This document shows positions 9,170-18,392 of a stretch of DNA of 64,000 bases, in pieces; position 1 is the first letter of the stretch; every line of letters begins with the position of its first letter. The notes beneath the pieces are model-generated. The model saw only the letters and a list, made by a program, of their open reading frames with translations, was not told the origin of the DNA and did no database searches. This stretch comes from a virus, in the UHGV virus genome UHGV-0174779; one strand, given 5' to 3'. A program made the position numbers and the translations under genes.

Positions 9170-9535
9170 ATGGGTGTTATCAAGTTTGTAGTGAAAGTGA
9201 TTGTAGGCTTCTTTCTGGTTGTTCTTCTGTTAGGTGTCCTGCTGTCGTCTATTGGTAGTGTAAAGGCTGCAACGTTCACGCCTGATACTATCGAAGGCTT
9301 GCAATGCACCTATCTTATAGAAGATTATGAAACTGGTAAAAAGTCACCTAAGGTTATTATTTTACATGTAGAAGATTTTGAGAGTGTCATAACCTACGAC
9401 AAGTCTATCCACATGACTAACGAAACCACTGGTAAGCAAATTACGGTCGATCACTTGCTGCGCTCGTCGTTGACGCTCTTTGATGAATCTATGAACGAAA
9501 TAAAATCCGGTAATGGTCAGTGTGTAAATCCATAG
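9170..9535 (+). CDS. membrane protein (121 aa)
   Basis: N-terminal TM helix; RBS AGGTGA. Confidence 0.5.
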   Translation: MGVIKFVVKVIVGFFLVVLLLGVLLSSIGSVKAATFTPDTIEGLQCTYLIEDYETGKKSPKVIILHVEDFESVITYDKSIHMTNETTGKQITVDHLLRSSLTLFDESMNEIKSGNGQCVNP

Positions 9536-9611
9536 GCTTAATCTTTCTGCTGTATTGTGCCGTGGTCATGCCTATGGTCATAATTTATCTGATTCTCTAA
9601 TCCTTCCTGTG

Positions 9612-9635
9612 AGCCTCCTAGTGAGGCTTTTCTCA
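9612..9635 (+). terminator. rho-independent terminator (AGCCTC-CTAGT-GAGGCT-TTTTC)
   Basis: Perfect 6-bp stem plus T-run after gene 9170-9535. Confidence 0.45.
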
Positions 9636-9894
9636 TTTCTAAGGCGATTGTATGCCTTACCCTCTTTTAGCTCGTTGTGATGCGTCTGAGAGCGTCAAAT
9701 ATTGCTTTACAAGCCTGTTCTAGTGTGTTATTCGCGTGCGCGTTCCTTTATATCTCTCCTCCCTGAAAATAATCAAAATAAAGGTTGCTTTCCTTCCTCA
9801 CTTCCTCTATTATCTATTCATCGGTTAAGCAGTACCAAGTAGACAACCTGATAAGTCGTACGAAAAACAGGTAATCGATAAGAAATAAAAAAGA

Positions 9895-9922
9895 TTGACA
9901 AGATGCTCAAACGTAGTAAGAT
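9895..9922 (+). promoter_or_regulatory. strong sigma70-type early promoter P1 (TTGACA-16-TAAGAT) with A-rich UP element
   Basis: Read from sequence; A-rich tract immediately upstream. Confidence 0.55.
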
Positions 9923-10041
9923 GGGTATCAGAAACAAAGCAAGGAAACTTGCAAATGCTCTTTAAAAACTTATCGTCCTGCCCTTTCGCAAAGATTCGCG
10001 CGAGATAAGGGAAAAGAATAAAAAGAGGACGATAAAAAGAG

Positions 10042-10069
10042 TTGACAAGGTAATCTAATAAGTTATAAT
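10042..10069 (+). promoter_or_regulatory. strong sigma70-type early promoter P2 (TTGACA-16-TATAAT)
   Basis: Perfect consensus hexamers, A-rich UP element. Confidence 0.7.
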
Positions 10070-10217
10070 GATTACCAGTTAGCAGATACACCGCTAACAA
10101 GTTCTTTAACAATATGACCTGATTCACTAGCCGAGCCGCTTAGTAATCCTCAATCAAATATAGCTGATTGATATATCCTCCCAATAAAGGGAACGACGAA
10201 AAAGATTAAAAAGATGG

Positions 10218-10246
10218 TTGACAGGCGCTGAGAGATAGGTCATAAT
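10218..10246 (+). promoter_or_regulatory. strong sigma70-type early promoter P3 (TTGACA-17-CATAAT)
   Basis: Consensus -35, 17-bp spacer, near-consensus -10, A-rich UP element. Confidence 0.65.
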
Positions 10247-11169
10247 GAGCACATTAGCTAAGGGAAACATTCCGAAGCGAAGCGAGACAACGGCTAACAG
10301 TTGCATAGCGTGAGTAAACATGCTGATAGATTTACCGCTCTTTAACAATTTAAACGTTCTTCTATATCGGTTGAACATGCTTGAAGATAATAACCATCGG
10401 AAAGTATGCCAGATAAAACGGTGTAAGATTCTCTAAACTATCAGAGGAAACAATCTTGCAATCCCTTACTGGAAACGTCACCACTGACAAACGGATTCAC
10501 TGAGTGCACGCAGAGACTTAAGCTAATCGCCCACGGTTAAGGGTAGCGGCGGTCATCGCTAACAAGGCGCTACAGTGAAAGAAGTTAATCAGGGTAGACA
10601 AGTCCGACGAATACAAGCTCAATTGCGAGCGGCGGGGAGCGGTTAAAAAGTGGCAAATTGCTATTTAACAATAAGGCTTAGTGTGAACGTTTACGATGTG
10701 AACGGCTTGAGATTCATCTTATGATGAAAGTACATAGTCGGTTTATGTAGTAAACTTGCCGAAAGATATAAAACGTCGGAACATTAGACGGTCAATGACT
10801 CTTTCGCAATAGTATCCCGTAGTGGGCGATGACTAGCGATTGAGAGTTGATACAAAAGGATAGGCGAGAGCGAAAACAAAGTAGACGATATTGCCGACGG
10901 TTACAATAAATGTAACTAATTAGAGTCGGACGCACTGCCTTATTGTGATGATTGATCATCGCTATCAGGTCGGCTTAGTTTATAGCGACTAATTAAAGAT
11001 ACCAGATGAAACATCACGGATAAGGAGGCGGAAAGGTTAACTCCTGATAAGACCGCCTCACTTACCTGTAACTACTTAAAAAGTGAGTGGTTAGAGTTAA
11101 GTTAATAGTGACTTAAGCAAGCTCATAGAGAGCGGGGCATAGTGCCCTTACAATTGAAAGGTGAATATC

Positions 11170-12069
11170 ATGGCTAAAATCTTTACTCTGGTTAACGAAT
11201 CTGGTTTTAACGCTCTGGCTAACAACATCCGCAGCAACAACGCAGCGATTAAGCAAGACGTATCTAACTTCCTGTTAGGGCACTTACAGCACTTCCGCAG
11301 CAACGGTAAGAAACTGGACGTATTACAAGCGGCGGTTGATTTCCTGTTAACTGAACGCTTCCGCGATATGGATGTTATTGCTACCGCAATCACTTTCTTA
11401 ACCCCTATCAAGTTTAACACCGATGCGGCAAATGGTCGTAAAAAGTGGATTAATCTGGAAGGTGAAGCGAAAGCTAAAGAAGATGCGAAAGAAGCGCAGA
11501 TTAAAACCAAAATGGAGCAAAACCGCGCTCGCTGGTCAAACGCTTTCGAAAACTTTGCTTTAGGTCGTGCAATTGAAGTTGATAATCCTAACTTCTACAA
11601 AGGCTGTAACGACAACGTGGCGGCACACCTGCAAATCCCGGCGAAAAACAAGGAAGATTTTAACCAAGATATTTACGCTTTGGTTGAACGCTTGAACGCA
11701 ATCCGCATTGAAGCCAAGTTGCTGGCTGATGAACGCAACGGCGCAACTAGTGATAACACTATTGCCTTAAGTGAAGAAGTTGGGAAGGTTAAGAAGTCTT
11801 TCGACTCACTCATCAAGAAAGTAACGGCCTCAACTGTAGCGATCTCTGATGACTATCTGATGAACGCATCAAGCAAGGAACTGGAATCACTTGATTCATA
11901 TGCTGATGAAATGGAAAAGGCTGTTGCAGCTATGCAGGAGAAGTTAGAAAGTCTGCGCGGTCGTATCTCTTCAACGGTTGCTACCCGTACCGAACAAGCT
12001 GCGAAAGAAGAAGAGGAAGAAGTATTGCGTAAAGCGGCTGAAATTATGGCAGCACGTCAGGCAGCATAA
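11170..12069 (+). CDS. early protein of unknown function (299 aa)
   Basis: First long ORF downstream of tandem promoters; RBS GAAAGG; followed by strong terminator. Confidence 0.7.
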   Translation: MAKIFTLVNESGFNALANNIRSNNAAIKQDVSNFLLGHLQHFRSNGKKLDVLQAAVDFLLTERFRDMDVIATAITFLTPIKFNTDAANGRKKWINLEGEAKAKEDAKEAQIKTKMEQNRARWSNAFENFALGRAIEVDNPNFYKGCNDNVAAHLQIPAKNKEDFNQDIYALVERLNAIRIEAKLLADERNGATSDNTIALSEEVGKVKKSFDSLIKKVTASTVAISDDYLMNASSKELESLDSYADEMEKAVAAMQEKLESLRGRISSTVATRTEQAAKEEEEEVLRKAAEIMAARQAA

Positions 12070-12092
12070 GTAAGACAATTTGAATAAACATG

Positions 12093-12127
12093 AGGCGCTA
12101 TCTTAACGGGTAGCGCCTTTTCTTTTA
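12093..12127 (+). terminator. rho-independent terminator (8-bp stem AGGCGCTA/TAGCGCCT plus TTTCTTTTAT)
   Basis: Read from sequence. Confidence 0.6.
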
Positions 12128-12171
12128 TCAGTGCATTGATTCAGTGTGCTAATAAAAGAATCTAATCAAAG

Positions 12172-12399
12172 GTGACGATTATGTTAACTACGCATACCAC
12201 GATCTACAGAAACCTTCGCAACGGTCAGCATTACCGCCTATCTAAAAAGTATGGCGTTGAATGTAAATGTATACTTACTGGTGAATGGTATCCGTCTCCA
12301 ATGAAGATTGAGACGTTAGAACATGAAGCGATTAGTTATACCATCACGCAAGAAACAACGTTAGGCCGTGTGCTACGTAAGTTAGGATTGAGAAAATGA
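12172..12399 (+). CDS. hypothetical protein (75 aa)
   Basis: ORF with GGTGA RBS. Confidence 0.4.
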   Translation: MTIMLTTHTTIYRNLRNGQHYRLSKKYGVECKCILTGEWYPSPMKIETLEHEAISYTITQETTLGRVLRKLGLRK

Positions 12400-12620
12400 T
12401 CATTAGTGAAGGCTTTGGTAAATGTCCTATTTGTAAGAAACATCGCAGCACCGGAAACCATCGCAAATGTAGTAGGATTCTCCAGAAACGCCATAACCAT
12501 GAAGAAGCAAAGAAGGTTTACGAAAACCAACGCTTAGAAGAGGTTAGAGCAATGGCAATTAAAGCATCATACAAACACTCCCACCGCATTGAATATATGA
12601 AAAGGTATCAAGCATCATGA
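12396..12620 (+). CDS. small Cys/His-rich protein (74 aa)
   Basis: CPICKK...H..H motif; overlapping stop/start with neighbours. Confidence 0.4.
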   Translation: MIISEGFGKCPICKKHRSTGNHRKCSRILQKRHNHEEAKKVYENQRLEEVRAMAIKASYKHSHRIEYMKRYQAS

Positions 12621-12823
12621 TTAACATTAAACCTCTTAGCAAGACCCCTATCGCCCTTCTTGGCCGTCGTGTTTCATACCGATACTTAAATAAAGGTAAG
12701 GCAATGACAGGAGTAGTTGCAACGATTAGTACACAAGGAAAGAAATTTCTCAACATGTCCGTTAAGATGGATGATGGTACAGTTTTAACACGTAGTTGGA
12801 AGTCGTTCGGTTTACTCAATTAA
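12617..12823 (+). CDS. hypothetical protein (68 aa)
   Basis: ORF, ATGA overlap with upstream gene. Confidence 0.4.
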   Translation: MINIKPLSKTPIALLGRRVSYRYLNKGKAMTGVVATISTQGKKFLNMSVKMDDGTVLTRSWKSFGLLN

Positions 12824-12892
12824 GTTGTTTGTTCAAGCCTATCGCCTTGATGGGCTTGCCCGATATAACTTATCACTGAAAGGAATAAGATT

Positions 12893-13336
12893 GTGGCTAA
12901 ATCAAAAATCAGCATGAAGGGCGGTCGTTGTTTTGCTATCTCTGAATTAGAGAAAGAGAAACCAAAGGCAACCAATCACGTCAGTAAGCGTAGTTTAAAA
13001 CGTCGTGCTGCAAAGGCTGAGGCTGAATCCCATACTCCTTCCAGTGTGGCAAAACGTGTAGGCCATCGTGTTCATCGTGCTGATGCGTTATTGTTAGCCG
13101 ATCATAAACGTTCTTTATTACAGAGCGGGGGAGCTAAAACAGAAGAGGAGAAGAAGTTAGAAATCTTCTGTAATGGTCGCACCCGTGGTAAGCAGAAGTT
13201 TAAGGGTAGCACGAAAGACCCTCAAGCATTCCCTAAGACAAGCCAGTGCGCACCTGATGTTTTCTACGCAGATAGTAAACACAAGTGGGGAGTTGAAAAA
13301 TACATTGACCCCATCAAAGAGGCAAGGGTTAAATAG
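12893..13336 (+). CDS. basic protein of unknown function (147 aa, GTG start)
   Basis: ORF with AAAGGA RBS; K/R-rich. Confidence 0.45.
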   Translation: MAKSKISMKGGRCFAISELEKEKPKATNHVSKRSLKRRAAKAEAESHTPSSVAKRVGHRVHRADALLLADHKRSLLQSGGAKTEEEKKLEIFCNGRTRGKQKFKGSTKDPQAFPKTSQCAPDVFYADSKHKWGVEKYIDPIKEARVK

Positions 13337-13416
13337 TAGGACTATAGCCCCCTCTTTTAGTACTATGACGCTCTCTCTGTCGCGTAGTGCCCTCTCCCCA
13401 TTTGAAGCTTCCGCAT

Positions 13417-13439
13417 AGCCGCCTTTGAGCGGCTTTTTG
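13417..13439 (+). terminator. rho-independent terminator (AGCCGC-CTTTGA-GCGGCT-TTTTT)
   Basis: Read from sequence. Confidence 0.55.
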
Positions 13440-13501
13440 CGTTGCTGTAAGTGCATTTGCGAGTGTATTTATAGCAACGGTCATGTGTTGCTTTCAGGTT
13501 T

Positions 13502-13528
13502 GCCCCGGCTACGGCTGGGGCTTTTTTG
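13502..13528 (+). terminator. rho-independent terminator (GCCCC..GGGGC-TTTTTT)
   Basis: GC-rich hairpin plus T6. Confidence 0.5.
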
Positions 13529-13576
13529 TACCCGTAGAATAGGAGGTAGCAAGTTCTGATAACAACGGCCCAGCTA

Positions 13577-13966
13577 ATGTTGACATTGACTATTTATTAT
13601 GAGGCAGGGAATCAGCCAACCGCATGTAAAGCTATGGTTGCGGATACCGTGATAAATAGAATGGCCCAACGAAAACTGACCGCTGAACAGGTGATAAGAC
13701 AAAAGAACCAGTTTGAGTGGATTCCGGTACTATTAAAACAGGAGAAACCTTATAAACGTTATGTAAAGCTGATTCGTGATAAAAATCCGATGACTAAGCA
13801 AGCCATTGGAGAAAGCGAGCGGCTAGCTAAACGTGCCCTTAAGAAGAATTATGTTCCGCTGTACAGTGGGACTTACTTTCAGAGTAAGAGCGAAGGGGTG
13901 CCAAAATGGTATGCCAATCCTATGTATTGTGGTGATTTAGTGTTCGATAACAGCTCTAGGGAATAA
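13577..13966 (+). CDS. SleB/CwlJ-family cell-wall hydrolase-like protein
   Basis: IYYEAGNQP...VINR motif resembles the Hydrolase_2 (SleB) signature AEARGEP..VA.V.LNR; no signal peptide evident. Confidence 0.45.
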   Translation: MLTLTIYYEAGNQPTACKAMVADTVINRMAQRKLTAEQVIRQKNQFEWIPVLLKQEKPYKRYVKLIRDKNPMTKQAIGESERLAKRALKKNYVPLYSGTYFQSKSEGVPKWYANPMYCGDLVFDNSSRE

Positions 13967-14164
13967 TCACTGGTGCCAGATTTGACAAACTAAATTCCTT
14001 TATAAACCAACCACTTAGTAAATTTATTGAAAAAGATGGTAGTATTCTGGGACTATGGTAATGCTCTGTATATAGACCCTTTGAAAATTTCTTAGAAAAT
14101 AAGTTTACTAAATATAACTTACTTAAATAATATTACTTTTAATCTCTGATAAAGGGTAAATAAT

Positions 14165-14467
14165 ATGACTTTAGAGATATATAAATTCCTTTTTGTAAGC
14201 TGTTTAACTATCAGCGTTATAGGATTTATTGTTCTAAGAAACAAAGCAGCAAGCTGGGAGAGAAAGTATAAATCTTTGATTCAAGTAGATGAGATGTATA
14301 ATGAGAAAGTTAAAGTAACACTCAACGATCTTATTATGCAAGTAGAGGACAGAAACAAGCGTCTTCAGAATCTTAACCATGAAGTATTACGCCTTGCTCG
14401 TGCTAATGAAGACTTGCGAGTAGCTATTGCTAAGCAGCAGGAGCTCTCTGACGAGCTTAAAGTATAA
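14165..14467 (+). CDS. membrane-anchored coiled-coil protein (100 aa)
   Basis: N-terminal TM helix then heptad-like region. Confidence 0.45.
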   Translation: MTLEIYKFLFVSCLTISVIGFIVLRNKAASWERKYKSLIQVDEMYNEKVKVTLNDLIMQVEDRNKRLQNLNHEVLRLARANEDLRVAIAKQQELSDELKV

Positions 14468-14778
14468 AAAACTAAGTAACATCAACCTATAGCCCTTGTG
14501 TTTATCAGAGGGCTATGTGAGGGTGTTCCTCATTAACTTATTAATTCAGGCATATGCCACACCGCTAGGGAGAGCTTGCTCAAACATCCGGTGCTAGACT
14601 AAAACCTGTTAATTTTCGATATACTTTCTGATATGTAGGGGTACATATTGGTTTGGGATTTAGGAGACTCTCTAGGGGTAGGGAGTCTTCACTAGTTTGT
14701 AGAGTAATTGGCTCTATAGTGAGAGTCATCCGCTATATCAACTGGCAATAATGCCTCCACTAATAGAGAGAGATAGGT

Positions 14779-14919
14779 ATGAAAGTATCAACCAAACGTA
14801 TGAACCGCCCTGAACGTATGGATGCAGTAGCTAATGGTGCTCTGAAACTGGAAGGCTTCTGGCTTCATGCAATGTCAGCCATCCGTAACAAGCAAGGCAA
14901 TTGGACCTATAACAGTTAA
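14779..14919 (+). CDS. small protein (46 aa)
   Basis: ATG with GAGATAGGT RBS; below track size cutoff; followed by terminator. Confidence 0.3.
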   Translation: MKVSTKRMNRPERMDAVANGALKLEGFWLHAMSAIRNKQGNWTYNS

Positions 14920-14928
14920 TAAATAAAA

Positions 14929-14957
14929 GGCTGCCTTCGGGTGGCCTTTGTTGTTTT
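14929..14957 (+). terminator. hairpin with UUCG loop plus T-rich run
   Basis: GGCTGCC-TTCG-GGTGGCC then TTTGTTGTTT. Confidence 0.4.
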
Positions 14958-15001
14958 AATTAAGGGACAGCTCTTACTTAAACTAACAAGAGGAAGCTAA
15001 A

Positions 15002-15178
15002 ATGTCTAAGCAAACAATCAAGAATACGCAAGCTGGTTACTCTTATGTTAACTCTCCTTGCTGTGGTGCTCGTGTTAATCTGGTTAAGGAAGAGGTTCAT
15101 ATCATTCAGCGTGGCGCTACTGTTGTTCGTTCATGCTGTGTCTGTGGTAATGACATTTTTATCAAAGGTAAAGTATGA
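15002..15178 (+). CDS. small zinc-ribbon-like protein (58 aa)
   Basis: CCGAR...CCVCG cysteine pairs; RBS GAGGAAG; stop overlaps next start. Confidence 0.35.
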   Translation: MSKQTIKNTQAGYSYVNSPCCGARVNLVKEEVHIIQRGATVVRSCCVCGNDIFIKGKV

Positions 15179-15447
15179 AAAAGCTTATAATCCTAGTGTG
15201 TCTTATCTCTGCATTTGGCTGTAAGGAAAGGGAGAGTATCTACAAAAGTGACTATGAAAGTTCTGGGTTTTGGTACGGAGGTTTCAGGTCAGAGCCACAT
15301 ACAGCAGATAATATGCTATTCTCCGTAAAAAGAAGCTCACAAGAACTTTCTTACTATGCATGTGCCTCTTTAGCTGAAGCTCATACCAAAACATATCCGG
15401 ACGGTGGTAGAATATATTGTCTATATCTAGGAAAATGGGAAAACTAA
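15175..15447 (+). CDS. lipoprotein (90 aa)
   Basis: Signal peptide with lipobox (ISAFGC). Confidence 0.45.
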   Translation: MKKLIILVCLISAFGCKERESIYKSDYESSGFWYGGFRSEPHTADNMLFSVKRSSQELSYYACASLAEAHTKTYPDGGRIYCLYLGKWEN

Positions 15448-15449
15448 TC

Positions 15450-15701
15450 ATGAAAAACTTCCAAGCTGCACCAATAACTAAAGTGATCGCAGTTAATGAT
15501 GTGATGATGACTGTTCCTCTGAACACTCGTCACATTGCGATTGATAAGATGGGCTATGTGTGGGCTTGGAAGATTAAGCCCTCGTACAATGAACTCTTTG
15601 ATGAGTTTGTTTGTACTGGCACATATAGCCCTACGTTCTTGGGTTTGTTTGGAGAGTTTGAAGGTCAGTATAAAATCATCACTCTCCCTGCTTGTGCTTG
15701 A
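15450..15701 (+). CDS. hypothetical protein (83 aa)
   Basis: ATG just after upstream stop. Confidence 0.4.
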   Translation: MKNFQAAPITKVIAVNDVMMTVPLNTRHIAIDKMGYVWAWKIKPSYNELFDEFVCTGTYSPTFLGLFGEFEGQYKIITLPACA

Positions 15702-15710
15702 GGATTAACG

Positions 15711-15812
15711 AGAGCTCTTAGTGAGGGTGTATCTTCCCCGCCTTCTAAGCGGTCGTTAAAGAAGTAAATGGAGTATGCAGGTTCGAGTCCTGTCACCCTC
15801 GCTAAGAGCTCT
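15711..15812 (+). other. long hairpin (about 18-bp stem) enclosing a tRNA-like T-arm (GGTTCGAGTCC); possible RNase III site or degenerate tRNA-like element
   Basis: AGAGCTCTTAGTGAGGGTG pairs with CACCCTCGCTAAGAGCTCT; internal GCAGG-TTCGAGT-CCTGT resembles a T stem-loop; a UCU anticodon-like loop (CCGC-CTTCTAA-GCGG) is present but I could not fit a canonical cloverleaf. Confidence 0.3.
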
Positions 15813-15821
15813 TGAGGTATT

Positions 15822-16337
15822 ATGAAGCTAGATCTAAGTAAAGCAGTTGTTGATAAAGGTGTTGGTTATTTGTATGTGTACCAACCAACACACCCTATGG
15901 CCAATAAAGCTGGAAAGGTGTATGTTCATAGATATGTTGCTCAAAATTTCTACGGTGTCGAACTGAACTCTGACCTAGTGGTTCATCACAAGGATGAGAA
16001 TAAGTTAAACAACGAACCATCTAATTTAGAAATCATGACTTATGAGGAGCATAGCAGGCACCATCATGGGGCTGTCATGGAAGAAAGGTTATGTTCTTTT
16101 TGTGGAGAGATTTACCTTGTTTCAGAGAATAGCAACCAAAGGTTTTGCTCACAGCTTTGTGCCAAATTAGATAGCAGACGGTTTGAAATAACAAAAGAAT
16201 CTCTTCAGTCTTTAATAGACATTTACCCCGTGTATGTAGTAGGGAGGTTACTGAGTGTTAGTGATTCGGCTGTCCATAAGAGATGTAGGATTCTTGGTGT
16301 TGTTAAAAAGCCGAAAGGTTTTTGGTTAACTAAATAG
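15822..16337 (+). CDS. HNH endonuclease
   Basis: HNH motif (VVHHKDENKLNNEPSNLEIMTYEEH). Confidence 0.6.
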   Translation: MKLDLSKAVVDKGVGYLYVYQPTHPMANKAGKVYVHRYVAQNFYGVELNSDLVVHHKDENKLNNEPSNLEIMTYEEHSRHHHGAVMEERLCSFCGEIYLVSENSNQRFCSQLCAKLDSRRFEITKESLQSLIDIYPVYVVGRLLSVSDSAVHKRCRILGVVKKPKGFWLTK

Positions 16338-16349
16338 AATGAGGTAGTT

Positions 16350-16646
16350 ATGAGTTGGGGTGGTGTAATATCCTTAATCTGTATCTTCCTTGTCTGTGTG
16401 GTCCTTACAGGCTGCGTACAGAGCCGTCCTGATGGATGGTGTGCAGTAGCAGTGGAAGGTGTTTGTGTTTCTCGCTGGCATAAGGGTGAGAAGGTTCCTT
16501 CTGGTGAAATTGATATGCGCTGGAACGGAGCAACCTGCTCTAATGCTAACCCGTCTATCAACGAAGAGAAATCTACGCCAGACAATGTTGTGATTGACAC
16601 AGCGTTGTGGTGTGGTGGCTCAGTAAAAACAACCGGTAAGGAGTGA
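16350..16646 (+). CDS. lipoprotein (98 aa), paralog of 8376-8705
   Basis: Lipobox (LTGC) and shared motifs with 8376-8705. Confidence 0.6.
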   Translation: MSWGGVISLICIFLVCVVLTGCVQSRPDGWCAVAVEGVCVSRWHKGEKVPSGEIDMRWNGATCSNANPSINEEKSTPDNVVIDTALWCGGSVKTTGKE

Positions 16647-16650
16647 TAAT

Positions 16651-16893
16651 ATGACAGCTCATTATTGGAACACAAAGAAGCTTCTTGAAGAGATGGCTGG
16701 AAGTAGCAGAGTACAGCTAATATCTATGCTTCGAAGGGATGCTCGCTCTTTACGCTTCCAAGTAAAGATTGGTAACTTCAGTGATGGTCTTTATTACACA
16801 TTGAAGGAAAGGATTAAGAAGACATACTTCATTATATATGGTTGCCCTAAGGGCGATTTTACTTATGACTTTTGGAATACTGACTACGATTAA
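16651..16893 (+). CDS. hypothetical protein (80 aa)
   Basis: ORF, tight spacing. Confidence 0.4.
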   Translation: MTAHYWNTKKLLEEMAGSSRVQLISMLRRDARSLRFQVKIGNFSDGLYYTLKERIKKTYFIIYGCPKGDFTYDFWNTDYD

Positions 16894-16902
16894 GGAGTTA
16901 TT

Positions 16903-17124
16903 ATGTTGTTAGAAGCTGAGCAATCATTGCCAGTAGTCCCTCTGTCCTCACTTCCTATCGGAAGTGCTTTTAGACATGGGGAGGTTTTTTGGATTAAGGG
17001 TAATCAAGTGGTTGGAGGGTATATCACCTGCATCAACATTGGCAACGGTGTTGTTGATGGTTTTCGTCCAGCCGCTGAAGTCACTCCTCAAGCTGATGCA
17101 AAGGTTGTAGGTTTAGTTTATTAG
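16903..17124 (+). CDS. hypothetical protein (73 aa)
   Basis: ORF with GGAG RBS. Confidence 0.4.
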   Translation: MLLEAEQSLPVVPLSSLPIGSAFRHGEVFWIKGNQVVGGYITCINIGNGVVDGFRPAAEVTPQADAKVVGLVY

Positions 17125-17441
17125 AGAGTTACCATGATCAAATCGTGACTATCGTGAAGGATTCTTACGAGAGTCCTTTGAGATAGGACTTCAGATCTCC
17201 TATCAAACTAACATTCACGTAACTAGCCCATAAGGGGCGTTACCCTTTAATAACCCAGCCCACTAAGGGGGGCGGGAGTTTAGTGCTGGATTAGCATAAC
17301 GCTTATTCCTACAAAGGCAACCGATTGTTAGATCTTACATGCAAACTTAATTAATAGGATATGGGAGGATTCGTCCCCTCCCCCTATTTTATTGAATCTT
17401 TATCTAAGCAAGTCTTATATAAATGTTTAATAGGAGGTTAT

Positions 17442-17753
17442 ATGAAACCCGCACAAATCCAATGGACTCCTTGGCAGATTGATTTGCTGAAGAAGCTTAT
17501 CAGTGAACATTCTGTTGAAGAAACGGCTGTCATGATGGGAACAACAGCACAGATTATTAATGCTGCGTGTTCTCGTTTTAAAATCTCTCGTGCTAAAGCT
17601 CGATTGAAGTGGTCTGAAGAAGAAGATCAGTTTGTTATCCGTAATGCCGGGTTCATGTCTATTCAGAGAATGGCTGACATGCTCGGTAGAAGTTATGCTG
17701 CTGTACAGAACAGGGCATGTATGCACCTTAATATTAGCCTCAAACTTAAATAG
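17442..17753 (+). CDS. tandem Myb/SANT-like helix-turn-helix DNA-binding protein (103 aa)
   Basis: Two W-containing HTH-like repeats (WTPWQIDLL..., WSEEEDQFV...); strong RBS TAGGAGG. Confidence 0.45.
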   Translation: MKPAQIQWTPWQIDLLKKLISEHSVEETAVMMGTTAQIINAACSRFKISRAKARLKWSEEEDQFVIRNAGFMSIQRMADMLGRSYAAVQNRACMHLNISLKLK

Positions 17754-17761
17754 GAATCAAT

Positions 17762-18007
17762 GTGAAGATCATTCCCAAGATTAAAGATAATACTGTTTCC
17801 TTGTCTACTATCATTCCCGGAAACCCATTCGTAATTCAACGTGGCTCAGCATCTCCTCAATATTACATGAGAGTTGAAAACACTTCTAGCAATATTAGTG
17901 TAGTTAACGGTTGGATTACTGTGGTAAATCTTCTCACAGGGGTCTTATGTGCTAAAGGTGCTGATACTCAGGTGGAAATGATTCGCATGTCAGTGGTTCA
18001 GGAGTAG
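17762..18007 (+). CDS. hypothetical protein (81 aa, GTG start)
   Basis: ORF only. Confidence 0.35.
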   Translation: MKIIPKIKDNTVSLSTIIPGNPFVIQRGSASPQYYMRVENTSSNISVVNGWITVVNLLTGVLCAKGADTQVEMIRMSVVQE

Positions 18008-18158
18008 CGTAATTATTCGGTTCGTAAACGGACAGAAAAAGGTAGCTAAATAAGCCCTCTTCTCTCCTCCTTTTAGTACTATGACGCCTCTTTTTAGGCG
18101 GCCCAATTTGCGTAGGGAATTCCCTCTACGCAGCCATAATTTTTAAGGAATTTCCCCT

Positions 18159-18392
18159 ATGTCTAAAGTAAGTGCAATTGATGCAATCCGTCAACCGTTC
18201 CAGTTCCAATCCAAATCAACCCAAACCTTCAGCGAATCTAAGCAAATTCGCTTGGGTGGCACAGAGAAAACTGTGTTCGATCTGGCTAAAAACAAGAGCG
18301 TTACCGTAGTTGATGGTGGCACTCTGGTTAACGTTTCTCATCGCATCCGCACTGGCAAAACTGCCAAAGACCGTACCAAGAAAGGTGAGTAA
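18159..18392 (+). CDS. hypothetical protein (77 aa)
   Basis: ORF only. Confidence 0.45.
   Translation: MSKVSAIDAIRQPFQFQSKSTQTFSESKQIRLGGTEKTVFDLAKNKSVTVVDGGTLVNVSHRIRTGKTAKDRTKKGE

Noticed and set aside
15723-15801. Canonical tRNA (for example tRNA-Arg UCU)
   Set aside because: A T-arm and acceptor-like stem are present, but D-arm and anticodon-arm spacing could not be fitted to a cloverleaf by hand; kept only as a tRNA-like element pending tRNAscan/ARAGORN.
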